DNA of 63,740 bases, the filler included, from Stramenopiles sp. TOSAG23-6 (lineage: Eukaryota), in assembly GCA_900128565.1 (NCBI GenBank). It is 19 parts of 19 records of this genome, joined end to end, with 100 filler letters (N's around TTAATTAATTAA, not from the genome) between each part and the next. Parts side by side here need not be neighbours in the genome. Positions count along the whole stretch, not along the records: positions 10,115 to 13,385 come from LT637581.1; positions 13,486 to 16,753 come from LT637582.1; positions 16,854 to 20,119 come from LT637583.1; positions 20,220 to 23,481 come from LT637584.1; 15 more parts are not named here. One strand, given 5' to 3'. The notes below the pieces were generated by a model that did no database searches, was not told the DNA's origin, and saw only the letters and a list, made by a program, of their open reading frames with translations. Made by a program: the position numbers and the translations under genes. Within the stretch, counting starts at the first letter, position 1, and each line of letters starts with the position of its first letter. Shown one piece after another: positions 11,111-23,581 of the stretch.

Positions 11111-13385
11111 TCACTTTTTACCTTTCGATTTAGCAATTTTTCTAAATCTTGCTTTGACACTTTTTTTAATCTTGTCTTTTCTTTTATTCGCTTTTGCATC
11201 TTTTACAGCTTTTTTATGTCTTTTTCTCTCTTCTTTTGACGCATTTTTACACATAAAGTTCAAATTGACAATATTTGTTTTTACTTTATCATTTTCGATT
11301 TCTAAACTTTTGTCGTCTTCAGAATCATTATTATACAAAGTGTCATTAGGGTTAGGGTTTTCTATACTGTTGTCGTCTTCAGAATCATTATTATACAAAG
11401 TGTCATTAGAATTAGATGAACTGGAAGCTAATGACATGCCAAGCATTTTGGCCTTAAATGCAGCAAAATCTTCATCTTGAGCATTTTGGATCTCATTTTC
11501 AATAGTCTCTTCGATCTCGGAAATATTTTCAGCATTTAATTGTCCAATCGCTCCTTTTTTACCAAGTCCAAGTTTTTCTAATTGTTGGTTTACAATATTT
11601 TCTTTACCTCCAGTCACAAGAACTGTCTGAAGATCTTCAGGTCGGAGTCCACTAGCAGCCTCTGCAAGAGAACGAGGTATGTATTTTTGGGAAATATTTC
11701 AAAAAACAAAAAAAATCGTTAGGTATAAAATTCCGTACGAAAACAAAAATATAGATAAAAAATTCAATGATGAAAACATATATATACGTTTGCATAAAAA
11801 CGCGTTCATCAATTTCTCGTGCAGCCATCATATCATCCACAATATCACCTTTTTGAATATTTATGTTTTGTGTCTGTATCTCTAATTGAATGCTTTCTAG
11901 ATGTTGATCAAGTTCATCATCATCACACCCAAACCTTTCATCAATAATGAAATCAAATAATTGCCGGATGGACATTAAATTATTCATTTTTTTCCGAAGA
12001 AAAAAGTCAGTGACATTTTTACAATCCATTCTAAGAAAGTCAAAAGCTCTTGGATGTTCGCCTTCAACAGATTGAGAAACGTCTATAATAAAAGGTTCCT
12101 TGTTATGATATAGCATATGTATTTTGGAAAAATATTTCAAAAAAATCTAAAAAAATTTGTTAGGTACAAAATTGCGTACGAAAAATAAATTCGATTTTTT
12201 TTTTACCGAAAAAAAAAAATAAATAAAACATACATTATACTCACTAAGATCAGCATGTACCAATCCACACACTTGATACATTCTTCTCATAATTTTTACA
12301 ACAGATTGATAACATCTTCTTAATGCACTTTCACTCAATGCGGCATCTTTTAGTCTAGGGGAAGCCCAACCATTTTTACCAAGAAAAGTCATGACAAGCA
12401 CATGATCTCGTAAACGGATTGGCTTTGGACTTGGAATTCCTGCTGAATGAATTCGCTTTAAATTTCGCATTTCTTTCTCTGCCCACATTTTGACCATTTT
12501 TCTAGGATTTTTACGACAATAACCACCTTTATATCGATTGTCACCTTTTACATATTTATCACGATCCTTGAAAACAAGAATAGATGTTTTAAACACCTTG
12601 ACGGCCATGTCATCTTCACCAGATTCTCCACCACCTGTAGCATGATAGACGTTAGCTTCTTTGCCTGTTGAAATACAACCATGAAGTTGCTGAAAACATT
12701 TTGAATTGATAAGATTAAATAGAATTAAACGTGTCCTAGGATCCATCACTTGTTCAGTTGTAGCTCGATCATCGCGTCCAGTGTGACGGACATTTTTTGC
12801 CAAACGGAGTCGATTACCAGTCTCAAATGTATTCATAGCTTTATTAGTAGTATGTTTTGCATCAATCACAGTTTTACGCACAATCGAATTGGTGTTAGAT
12901 TGTATACTATCACCAACGGCAGACGATTTTGTTAGTTTTGTCGAAATGTTTTTTGTACTGTTTCCAACATTTGTGCGCCAAGTACCTTTTGATGATATTG
13001 TTTTATGTTTATTACGAACTGGAGCATCTTCAAAGAAGCTCTGTTCATACTGTCTTTCAGCCTCCTCTTGCAATTTAACAAGATTGGCATCTTTCTCTTC
13101 AGCATCCTTTGCAGAAAATAAGGTTCTAATTTTATTATCTATTTTATCATCAGAACTTTTAGAATTTTTAGAATTTTTAGAATTTTTAGAAATCAGAGGT
13201 TTGGCATTTGGCAAATTTGAAATTGCATTAGAAACACCGAGTTTTGACATTTCATCTTCATCACGAAATCTAAAGAATGGTTCACCACCTTCATCACTAG
13301 AATAATTCATGAAACCATTCGAATCTTCGGACACTTTGCAACCATCAAAAAGTAATGAATCATCTTCTTTACGTAGAATATCAAG
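11111..13385 (-). CDS. RIO1: RIO1 kinase (5' partial); introns 12117-12233 and 11679-11781
   Basis: DRATTEQVMDPRT, STGKEANVY, LVHADLSEYN|MLY, IIDVSQSVE, QTYI|PRSL, basic C-tail. Confidence 0.95.
11679..11781 (-). mobile_element. Family intron with AT 5' end (T|ATATGT...ATACAT)
   Basis: Restores conserved RIO1 YIPRSL. Confidence 0.7.
12117..12233 (-). mobile_element. Family intron (T|GTATGT...ATACAT) in RIO1 catalytic loop
   Basis: Restores HADLSEYNMLY exactly. Confidence 0.9.
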
Positions 13386-13537
13386 NNNNNNNNNNNNNNN
13401 NNNNNNNNNNNNNNNNNNNNNNNNNNNNNTTAATTAATTAANNNNNNNNNNNNNNNNNNNNNNNNNNNNNNNNNNNNNNNNNNNNTGTACCTAACAAATT
13501 TAAGTTTTTTTTTTTGAAATATTTTTCCAAAATACAT

Positions 13538-14178
13538 TTGGTGTGGAGAAACAAAATCGTGCTGGACATGCATTTTGTTCTTTATGGGAGCTATCTTTGA
13601 ACCCTGACAATAGCGACACAGACACGGAAAGTTGGGATAGTAGTAGCAGATGGGAAAAGTTGTCACATCACAGGAAGGCTGCCAGAAGTTGGTTTGATAC
13701 GCAATTTTTTGGATACAAAGCTACCCGAATGAAGCAAGCTTTATTAGTAAGAAATATACCAAATACGATTGAGAAGGATGTAACATCATCTTCTCATTCC
13801 ACTGGTGCAGGACGAATTATTTATATTTGTTTCATGCGGTCAGTACCTATTGTCCTTCGTCGTTTGATAGAATCGAATCAATTGGGCAAAAATAGTGAAT
13901 TAGATTCAAAGAATTCAAAGAATATTATTATTATTGCTCTACCTTGGGGTGACAATATATCCAAAACTGGAAGCAGTGCTGAAGTGTCCGAGGCTCATGC
14001 GCAAGGTTTAACCCACGTAACTAGAGAAAGTTTACAAAAAGACAAATTGTTGCATACCTTCCGAGTATATGCACAACTTTTCACATCATGTGTAAAAGTT
14101 GCAACTGAAAAGGAGGATAAAATTAGTAACGAGATCATCAAAAGCAGTAGTGCTACGGGTAAAAAAGTTCTTAGATAA
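13538..14178 (+). CDS. Uncharacterised protein, last exon
   Basis: 211-aa ORF following a family 3' end at 13537. Confidence 0.55.
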
Positions 14179-14243
14179 ATTTTTATTTTAGTATTTTTTT
14201 GAGTTTTTATTCTAGTCGTTTTCATGATTAGTTTCATAACAAT

Positions 14244-16753
14244 TTAGTTTATTGGTGTAATTCCGTGTTTGTGTTGCAAATACATCTTGGACATCCAATC
14301 AGTCATTCTATTCTTTTCAGTGAACTCCTTAGTATAATAACTTGCGTAATAACCTGCATAGTAGTTGGCATAATAGTTGTTTTGTTGCTCAGAGTTTCGT
14401 GCATCCGCACAAAGTTTACAGTATACACTATGTGAGTTACAGTAGCTACAATAGTAATCCGTTTTTGGTCTATGTGTGAGGGTACTTGTTAATGTTGGTG
14501 CAAGTGCAAGAGTTAATATAGGAACCAATGACTGGGTTGTTTTTCGTGTGGCAGCCACAGTCACATCATATGCCAAAGTATCCATTAATTTAGATGCCAA
14601 AGTTGACGTAAGTTCATGTGTGAGTGTTCTAGTTAATGCTCTTGTAGTTTTTCGAAGAGTTGAACCAGATAAAGAACCACCATCAATCAACAAATCTGGT
14701 AACTGAGATGCAATTGCATCATGTAAAGGTGGCGCAATGAGCATTATAGCTTCCTTACCTACAATAGATCGCATATACATCTGAATTTTTTTTACAGCAC
14801 TTACCGGTGCCGGAGACGGTGGGTCATCTACAATAGTATCAGTCATAGACATAGACTGTGGTTGCGTGCTCATCAGTCTACGGGAACCTCCTTTATTTCT
14901 ATCTACACTGTTTATTTTTGTTTCATCTTCTACTTGTTGTAATCTTCGAGTTTGAATGGCGTCATTATTGCGTTGAATCTGTTCTTTCAGCGTATTATTC
15001 TCCCTATCAGCTTTGCGAATTTCCCGCAGTCGCATTCGCCAAGCAACACCAGGATCCTCAGTACCATCATCACCCGCAAGCGCGGCTATTCTTTCTCTCT
15101 CGTATAATGAAAGTCTTTCAGTTTTTGCATCACTAGCTATAAATCTATGGTAGTCACCGCAAGCACTAATACACCGTGCACGTTTTTGCAGAGAGCGCAA
15201 GGCTTCAGCTTCAGCCATCATGCCTAATTTTTCTGCTTCTTTAATACGAGCAAGAGTACGCACTTCAAGATGTGCACGGGATCGAAACATATCTCTCTCC
15301 TCAGCTGATGATGCAATTTGAACCATTTCTTGAAGATGAGAAATTTCTTTCATAGTTGCTTCTTCCAAAACAGTGACACCTTCGCCACTACGTAGAAAGA
15401 GTTCATTTCCAATGGACGTCTCAGCCCCGCCACCCTCTTCAATGAAACTAGTAGAATCTGGATCACGCATTTGTATAATTGCATTTCCAAGTCTTTCAGC
15501 TTCTACTTCTGCTATCAGTCTCATGTCATCTGTATGACCCATTCTAGCCGCTAATTCGAGAAAGAATGATGCCCCCGGTAACGTTGGAATGGAAGGAACT
15601 TTCGGTATTGTCGGAATGGAAGGAACTTTCGGTACTTCTATATTTGGTATCTTTGGACGTTTGACTTTTGGAAACTGTTTTAGTGGAGCACTACATTCGC
15701 ATTCTGGCGGAGGTTTCACGATAGATTTTATTTGTTTACCACTTTTTGGGTCCATAACAATACAAGGAGAAGGATCATCAGTTGGAAACAATATTGGTGG
15801 AAGAATGCACGAAAGAATTTTTCCTAAAATTTCCAAAACTGGAGGAACAAAGACTGCCATAATAATAGAAAGACACATCTCGGGAAGATAGTTCATAATA
15901 TTATCTATAATGATAGAAAATATCTCTTTTGATGTAACACCAACACGCATCAACGCACCTATTCGTACATGAGCTTCAATGAAATTTAGAGAAATAACTC
16001 GACTTCTAGATGCAAGAATCTGTTCATCAGATAGAGCTTCTGTGTTTTCACCTGGTGCAACTGCATCACGTAGATCCGATCTACGTAGTTTTTTTGTGGA
16101 ACTATATCGTAAAACACTATCATACCCTCCGAGTGCCTTTTCTATGTTTGTTTTGAATATACTCGTATTCGCCCCTTTATTTAAAGTTGTCCAGAGCTGT
16201 TCGTCTTTATTTTTAGATCCCCATGTTTGACTCTTGGGTTTATTTTGTGATGCTTCTTTTTCATAATATGAAAATGTGAGTCGTTCTGGATTTGAACGTT
16301 TGTCCATTTTTTGGATTGCACTTATGTACTCTGTTTGAATGCTATCCAATGATGGCATAATTGTCTGTGTTAGCTCAGAAATTTTGTCACGAGCTTCTCT
16401 CGGTAGCGAAGATGATTGTATTTCCGCAACATTACTAATCATTTGTTCCTGGAGATTGGACATATTTTCTGGTTCATTACCAACCTTACCAATTACATCT
16501 TCTGTTAGTTTTGGGAGTATTTTAAATGAAAGATCATTACCAATATCTTGTGACAAAAGCTTTCTTCCGCCACCAGTAAACTTTGTTTCTGTATAGTTAA
16601 AATGATTTGACGGATTTTTTTCTTTTTGTATTTCAAGCAAATCTTTTGCATTCACTTTCATTGGCTTCGGTTTCTTTTTAAGCAAATCTTTTGTATTTAC
16701 TTTCATTGGCTTCGGTTTCTTTTTAAGCAAATCTTTTGTATTTACTTTCATTG
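14244..16753 (-). CDS. Large uncharacterised protein with Thr/Leu-rich repeats and Cys/Tyr-rich C-terminus (5' partial)
   Basis: 835-aa ORF. Confidence 0.75.
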
Positions 16754-16932
16754 NNNNNNNNNNNNNNNNNNNNNNNNNNNNNNNNNNNNNNNNNNNNTTA
16801 ATTAATTAANNNNNNNNNNNNNNNNNNNNNNNNNNNNNNNNNNNNNNNNNNNNTTTTTTTCAAATTCGATTTTTTTTTATAGTAAATTTTGTACCTAACG
16901 ATTTTTTTTTCAAATATTTTTCTACAATACAT

Positions 16933-17133
16933 ACGCCGTCAAGGATGTTAAGTTTTTTATCATCTAGTGTACCGTCTAAAGCAAAGGAGGAGGTACCCCA
17001 AATTAAGTTATCTGAAGGTATGAAATTATGGAATAGCTTTGAGGCGTGGAGTTCACTTCAATGTAAAGAAGAAATTAGTTCAAACCCTAACCCTAATATA
17101 GATACTGTAATAAATAAAAGCAAGATACATTAA
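16933..17133 (+). CDS. Terminal exon of unknown gene
   Basis: Follows family 3' end ATACAT at 16932. Confidence 0.45.
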   Translation, partial: TPSRMLSFLSSSVPSKAKEEVPQIKLSEGMKLWNSFEAWSSLQCKEEISSNPNPNIDTVINKSKIH

Positions 17134-17432
17134 GAAACATCTTTTTTTTCCTCAATTCAATTAAAAACCGACTAAAAATCGGTTTGTAGTTGATTTTTAG
17201 TTGATAATTTCGCCCATTCATGTAATATTTGTAAGTAAGCTTCTGGTAAAAAATAGTGAGATGTCGCTAAATATACTGTTAGGGTTAGGGTTTTACAGAT
17301 TTTTGAGATTTCGTGTAGTAGCGCCATAATCGTCAGCTCAACCTCGAGAGAAGTTGATGGGAGATGTGGGAGAAAAAAAATATTTACGACTCGCGCAGAC
17401 AAGTACACAAAATTATAGTAATTTAGTTGAAA

Positions 17433-18077
17433 ATGTCGGGAAATCTCTCTAAAGAAGCGTTGAAACTATTTCGAGTTCGAAAGACTCTTGCGAAGATGTT
17501 GAAGAATCGTGGATATGCTGTCTCCAAGAATGAGCTTGAGATGACAAGGGAAGAGTTTGTGGAAAAGTACGGAGAACGTCCAAGTCGTGAAGATCTTGGC
17601 TTAGCAGTAAAAAGAAGGGACGAAGCAGGATCAGATTTATACGTTTTCTTTTGCGAAGAAGCAAAGCGACCAAAAGTAGGTATTGCCCCCATCCGTTTGG
17701 TTGCTGAAAGATTGAAAGAACGTAATGCTAGTCGCGCAATTATTGTAGTGGAAACAGGGTTGACACCCTTGGCNTTACAAACCTTGAAAGAAATGGACGA
17801 AGTATACTCTCTACATATGGAATATTTTAAGGAATCAGAACTGCTCATTGATATTACAGAGCATGAATTAGTACCACTTCATGAGATTATGAGTGATGAA
17901 GAAAAAAATGTGTTATTAAAACGTTATAAATTGAGTGAAAGTCAACTACCAAGAATGCAGAAGACTGATCCTATAACGCGTTACTTTGGGTTGAGAAANG
18001 GTCAAGTTGTCCGAATAATTCGACCTTCAGAAACAGCGGGCCGATATGTAACATATAGAATTGTTGTTGATATTTGA
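17433..18077 (+). CDS. RPB5: RNA polymerases I/II/III common subunit RPB5
   Basis: [38 protein letters not shown]. Confidence 0.97.
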   Translation: MSGNLSKEALKLFRVRKTLAKMLKNRGYAVSKNELEMTREEFVEKYGERPSREDLGLAVKRRDEAGSDLYVFFCEEAKRPKVGIAPIRLVAERLKERNASRAIIVVETGLTPLXLQTLKEMDEVYSLHMEYFKESELLIDITEHELVPLHEIMSDEEKNVLLKRYKLSESQLPRMQKTDPITRYFGLRXGQVVRIIRPSETAGRYVTYRIVVDI

Positions 18078-18489
18078 AGCATATAATTAGTAAAGAGTAT
18101 TCTTAGTTATATAAATATACATAATAGAAATCATTATTTTCCCCATGACTTGGACAAAAGANCTGAAAAAAGCTAAAAAATCTGCTTTTCATTTTCGGCA
18201 ATTCTTTACATATTCTTTACACAAAAAAAAATGTGTGTGTCTCATCCCTCTGAAGTTATCATACTTTCCACAATACTTAAAATATGAATCGTAAAATGAA
18301 TTATCCCACACATCGATCGGTAGGAGTGATCCCGGTACACGATAAAAATTTGCTACCATGTAGTCAATTCCTATGACGNCTTTANACTAAACTAAAGAGT
18401 CAGACCTTTAAAATCAAGAATAATATTTTGTTCTATAAGTGTGCATGGAACTAAGCTACTTGAAAAACGTCAGCTTTTTCGAATAATAT

Positions 18490-19682
18490 ATGGGAAGTCT
18501 TCGTGGAATATTGGTCGAGCACTTTGGAGAAGCAGCTGTAAACCATCACAAACATGATATTGACAAAATCTTGAAACGCCTAGAAGCCACNTCACTGCAC
18601 GTAGAGAAAATAAACGTACCTCAACAGCGTAATAGTGATGTAAATTATTCAAAGGCGCAATTGATAGATAGCTCGACACATAATNGCAGAAATNCTACAG
18701 GATTAATCACACGAAGTATTTCCTCTATAGAATTTTCTGGTCTTGACACAGTGTCTTTTCCATTTGCCAAAATCATTCCAGATTATTGGATATCTCCGCC
18801 TAAGAATGGTTCTAAAGCTCCAAATAGTGTCATTGATACCTCTATTCCTTATCTCAATGAAGCGCCAATTCTGTCGCAGCGCAGTCCATCATTAAAACTT
18901 GAAGAATGTATAAAATATGAACCCAAAGAAGCTAATAAAACATTTTTAAAAACTACAGAACAAAGGCTTCTATCGACTTTTATTCAGAAAGATAAAAAGA
19001 AAAACGAATGTTCTGATTTTGATTCTACTATTCATGAAACAGCTTCTCTTCATATTGATAGTAGTGAGGGGAGATCACCCGAATCTGTAGCGAAACTTAT
19101 CGCAGTCTTACATGTACGTTTCCATGATACATTTCAATTTTATTTTTTTTTTTCGTACGAAATTCCGTACCTAACGATTTTTTTTTTTTTTTTTTTCACA
19201 ATACATCGACGTGCTTCCATATTTGAAGCTTCAGTGTTGAAACATTGGAAAAATTCATTGCGACCTACAATTAAAAAGAAAATACTTGAACTTCGTAAAA
19301 TAACAAAGAAATTATCTGTGCAATATGAAAATGCATTAAATTTTGCTGTAGAAAAAGAACAAATTTTAGGTCCAACTGAATGTTTTCATNAAAAATTAAA
19401 AAAAAAATTAATTATTTTTTCATACGAAATTTTGTACCTAACAAATTTTACAAAAAAAAATATTTTTTCACAATATATTCAGATGAAGATAAAGATGTAA
19501 ATATTCTAGGTCAGAAGCGAGAACTAGTTATACAAAGAACACGAAGTAGATCTTCAATGTCAAAATATCATTCAAAGAATAAAACAAATACAAATACTTT
19601 TAATAATGAAAATTTATTTTGTTCCGCTGGAGATTTAGTCAAGGATAAGAAAAAAAAACATACAAACGTCATTTTCAAGTAA
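18490..19682 (+). CDS. Uncharacterised protein; introns 19114-19206 and 19378-19478
   Basis: ORFs 18490 and 19380 join after element removal. Confidence 0.55.
19378..19478 (+). mobile_element. Family intron with GA 5' end (T|GAATGT...ATATAT)
   Basis: Core motif present; restores GPT|SDEDKDVN. Confidence 0.6.
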
Positions 19683-20040
19683 ATCGATATCATTTGAATG
19701 TAAAGTATTCATTTGTTGCATCATTGAATTCACACGAGCCTTCATTTGAGTGTTCATTGATATTTTTGTAGATGTGGTTGACTGTATTTTACTTTCTAAA
19801 AATCTCAAATTATTACTAAAATTATTATTTTTTTCAGTATTTTTTTCAGTATTTTTTTCAGTATTTCGGAGTTGTTCCAATTTATTTTGTAAAATATTTC
19901 GAATTGTTTCATTTGTAAAAGTATTAATTGGATTCTCTTTTGGTAATGTACTCAACTGTTCCAATTCCCATAATAGTTCATTTATTTTCTCTTGCTTTTC
20001 AATACCAACAGATTCTATCCATAAAGTTGTAGTTAGAATG
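19635..20040 (-). CDS. Terminal exon of unknown coiled-coil protein
   Basis: ORF 19635..19964 and upstream open frame after an element remnant. Confidence 0.4.
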
Positions 20041-20219
20041 TTTATATTGTAAAGAAATATTTTTTTTTTTTTTTTTTTTTTAGTAAAAAAAATTAAAAAA
20101 AATCGTTAGGAAAAAAATTNNNNNNNNNNNNNNNNNNNNNNNNNNNNNNNNNNNNNNNNNNNNTTAATTAATTAANNNNNNNNNNNNNNNNNNNNNNNNN
20201 NNNNNNNNNNNNNNNNNNN

Positions 20220-21304
20220 TGATTCATATTTTGATGCATATTCTGATTCATATTCTGATTCATATTCTGATTCATATTCCGGTTCATAGTTGCATTTGGA
20301 TGAAATTGGTTATTATTGTTGTAATTTCTTCTATAGTTATTTATCCCATCAAATAAACTAGTATTACTATTAGCTTGCTGCATTCGATTATTATTGTAAT
20401 ATTTTCGATCTTGACCACCAAGTGACGAAAATGGACGCCGTTTAATCACCCCATTGCCCTTATTATCACGCTTCACTACTAAATATGGCCTTTTGCCATT
20501 TACTATGCGATTCTTACAGCTAGTATTTTTAGTATCATTTGTATTGCGAGCAGCATTTCGACGACGACGGAGAGCAGCCTTCACTCTTTTTTCTTCTTCA
20601 TCGTCAGAGAAATCTCCCTGAACCTCAGGTTCTTCATCGTAAATATTAGACGCATCACAACCTTTTGGTTGTTCCTGTATCAACTTTGCTGTATATATGT
20701 AATCTACAGTTTTTTTTACAGCATATATAGACACTCCTGTACTAATAACACCCGCTTCAATGGCAGAAATTGCGGCCTCACAGTCTTTTGGGACTTTAAC
20801 TACATAATGTGGCTGTGATATAGGCCCAAATGTCTCGGATGCAAAGCCAATGGCAATACGATCAGCAGTACATAAAAGCGTTGCATCTGTCATTGTCGTT
20901 TTGGTATTTTTCTCGCCAATAACAACGACTGAGGGCTCCATGCCTTGACAGACGTTTAAAACTGAACCTACAACTAGCAAGTCGTCGTTTTTGTTGATTC
21001 CCACGTTCCCAATATCAACAGTTTCAGGAATTATTTCATTTGTTGAACGTGGTGCAGCGTTTATTACTTTATCCAATTGATCTTTTTCCATTGCAGTGCA
21101 CACACTAGCTGGTATTTTTCTTGTAACTATAGCTTCAGTACCTTGCTTAGCAGTAGTTGAAGTAGATGAACCATCCTGAAGCTCCTCGTCGCTTGAGCTC
21201 CAGACACTTTCTACGTCTGATATCACCGTTATAGTCATCATAGACGGATCAACCGCCCTAGATATATCAATGTTTACCTCATCCATTGCAGATATCATGT
21301 CCAT
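20220..21304 (-). CDS. NAF1: H/ACA RNP assembly factor NAF1 (3' partial)
   Basis: ETFGPISQPHYVV..KGCDASNIYDEEP..DFSDDEEE. Confidence 0.85.
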
Positions 21305-21551
21305 AATGAATTATGAAGAAGTCACGGGAGTCAGAGCTGTAGTTGTAAGCACCACGACTAGTGTAGTTTTCTAGGCGTAGGTACGATGATACTGCAGCCG
21401 TTATGATGATTTGTCTACGCTGAATGGATTTTTCGTGCATGATGGCTCAATTTCGAATTTAAATTTATACAATTCAAGAACAATTACTAATCTTTATAAA
21501 AAAAATACTGATATTATCCTTTTAGTTTGTGAAATACTACTCATACATATA

Positions 21552-22664
21552 TTATAATAGTACAGGTCTTGGACGAATCATACTTACATTAGTAGCTAGG
21601 GGATTTCCAAATGAGGTCGCATTACTCAAATTTACAGACAATTTTCCAGTTTTTGACGTTTTTCTTACGAAATTTTTTTGAGGTCTCCTGTGGGACGTCG
21701 ATGAATTAAACTTTAGCCTATTTGGACGAATTCGTCCAGCCTGTCTATATGCTTGTAATGATTTTGTAGTATCATTTCTATTTGCTAAGAAATTCCCTGT
21801 AGTATAAACTTGACCAGATTGTAAAGGCATTTGTTTTTTACATTTTTTGCTGAACTTTCGATGGAAAAGTTTATCTCTAATACTTTCCATTTTTTTTTCC
21901 TTGTTTTTTCTTTCCTTTTCAATGTAACCAGAAAATCCACCACCTGAAGGCGTTCTTCTACGAGATCGTTCTTTTGCTATTCTTACTGACTCAAGTTTTT
22001 CATTTTCCAATTCATCTCTCCAGTGAAGGCGCTCAGAACTAATTCCTTGATTGAAACCCGAGAACTCAAGTTGAGCTCTATGTACTCCAGTCATCTTGTT
22101 TCTATTAGTGGTACTATTTTGCCTTGGAGAACAAGCTCTAGCTGCTGCTCTTATTTTACTATTTATAGAATTTGTGCCAAAACTCTTACTATTCATAGAA
22201 TTTGTGCCAAAACTTTGTTTTGTAAATGTCCCCTGTAATATTTGGTCTTGTTTTTCCTTGTCTTTTATGAAATGTGAATCATCAATACACATAGAGCGAC
22301 TATTTATTCCTTTTACATTCATTATGTTATGGATATTTTGGTTTGGGGGAGGTTGAACAACTTGGGTTAACGAACGTTTGCTCTTGAAACGTTGATTTCG
22401 TTGAGATTTTAAATCAAATTTCACATTCCTCAAATTCACTGGAATTCGTGGGATTGGCTTTTTGTTTTGTTTTGAACACTGCTTTATATGTATTGCGTAT
22501 GAATGTTTGAAAAACTCTCCCTGGCAAATAGGACAAATTATCCCTTGAGGTCTTGTCGACATTGCGCTACTACTTCGCCTTCTTGGAAGATCCTTAGGGG
22601 AAAACAATAATCCAGATGGTGCAGACATATCACTCATTAAAACATTAGAAGTAAATGCTAACAC
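21552..22664 (-). CDS. C2HC zinc-finger protein
   Basis: CPICQGEFFKHSYAIHIKQC. Confidence 0.65.
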   Translation of the reverse strand: MLAFTSNVLMSDMSAPSGLLFSPKDLPRRRSSSAMSTRPQGIICPICQGEFFKHSYAIHIKQCSKQNKKPIPRIPVNLRNVKFDLKSQRNQRFKSKRSLTQVVQPPPNQNIHNIMNVKGINSRSMCIDDSHFIKDKEKQDQILQGTFTKQSFGTNSMNSKSFGTNSINSKIRAAARACSPRQNSTTNRNKMTGVHRAQLEFSGFNQGISSERLHWRDELENEKLESVRIAKERSRRRTPSGGGFSGYIEKERKNKEKKMESIRDKLFHRKFSKKCKKQMPLQSGQVYTTGNFLANRNDTTKSLQAYRQAGRIRPNRLKFNSSTSHRRPQKNFVRKTSKTGKLSVNLSNATSFGNPLATNVSMIRPRPVLL

Positions 22665-22929
22665 TAAAATCAGGCTTTTACTTGAAATAAACTTTAATAT
22701 TTGGGACTATGACATTGTCCAAAAGAGTGAGAATAAATAATATCAATTGCAATCCTCTTGTTTTCTAATCAATTGAAATTCAAACGGTCCTCAACGGTCT
22801 CTCAACGGTCGCGAATCTGGCGCTGATTAGGGTTAGGGTTAGAATCTTCGATATTAGCTGATCTGATTAAAGGTAGTCATACGTAGAAGTATACCTATAC
22901 GTAGTTGTGTCGCAGAAGAAAGAGGCAAC

Positions 22930-23481
22930 ATGAACGCACAGTTTCATCTTGGTGAATGTTATGCGAATGGCGATGGTGTCACTAAATGTTATAAAACTGC
23001 TGCTGAGTGGTTTACAAAAGCTGCAGAACAAGGTCACATGCTAGCACAGTTTAATCTTGGTAATTATTATTTGAATGGTGAAGGTGTCACTAAGTGTTAT
23101 AAAACTGCTGCTGAGTGGTTTACAAAAGCTGGAGAACAAGGACACACGCACGCGCAGTTTAATCTCGGTGTATCTTATTTGAATGGTAAGGGTGTCACTA
23201 AATGTTATAAAACTGCTGCTGAATGGTTCACAAAAGCTGCAGAACAAGGCTATATGGGCGCGCAGTTTAATCTTGGTGCATTTTATGAGAATGGTGATGG
23301 TGTGACTAAATGTTCTAAAACTGCTGCTGAATGGTTTACAAAAGCTGCAAATCAAGGGCAATTGGAAGCACAGTATAATCTTGGTAGGTGTTATGCAAAT
23401 GGTCGAGGTGTGACTAAATGTTATAAAACTGCTGCTGAATGGTTTACAAAAGCTGCAAATCAAGGCTTTAGGGACGCACAG
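22930..23481 (+). CDS. Sel1-repeat protein (partial)
   Basis: 36-aa repeats AQFNLG..Y.NG.GV....AAEWFTKAA.QG. Confidence 0.9.
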
Positions 23482-23581
23482 NNNNNNNNNNNNNNNNNNN
23501 NNNNNNNNNNNNNNNNNNNNNNNNNTTAATTAATTAANNNNNNNNNNNNNNNNNNNNNNNNNNNNNNNNNNNNNNNNNNNN

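Noticed and set aside
12117-12235. Reading the elements as U12-type AT-AC introns (2-nt shifted register, TACCTAAC resembling the U12 branch)
   Set aside because: No ATATCCTT donor; the shifted register gives AT-GC and AT-GT in centrin and fails where the exon ends in TT, CT or GG
22930-23481. CRISPR-like or viral repeat array
   Set aside because: 108-bp period encodes Sel1 repeats; no viral hallmark genes near the ankyrin/Sel1 genes
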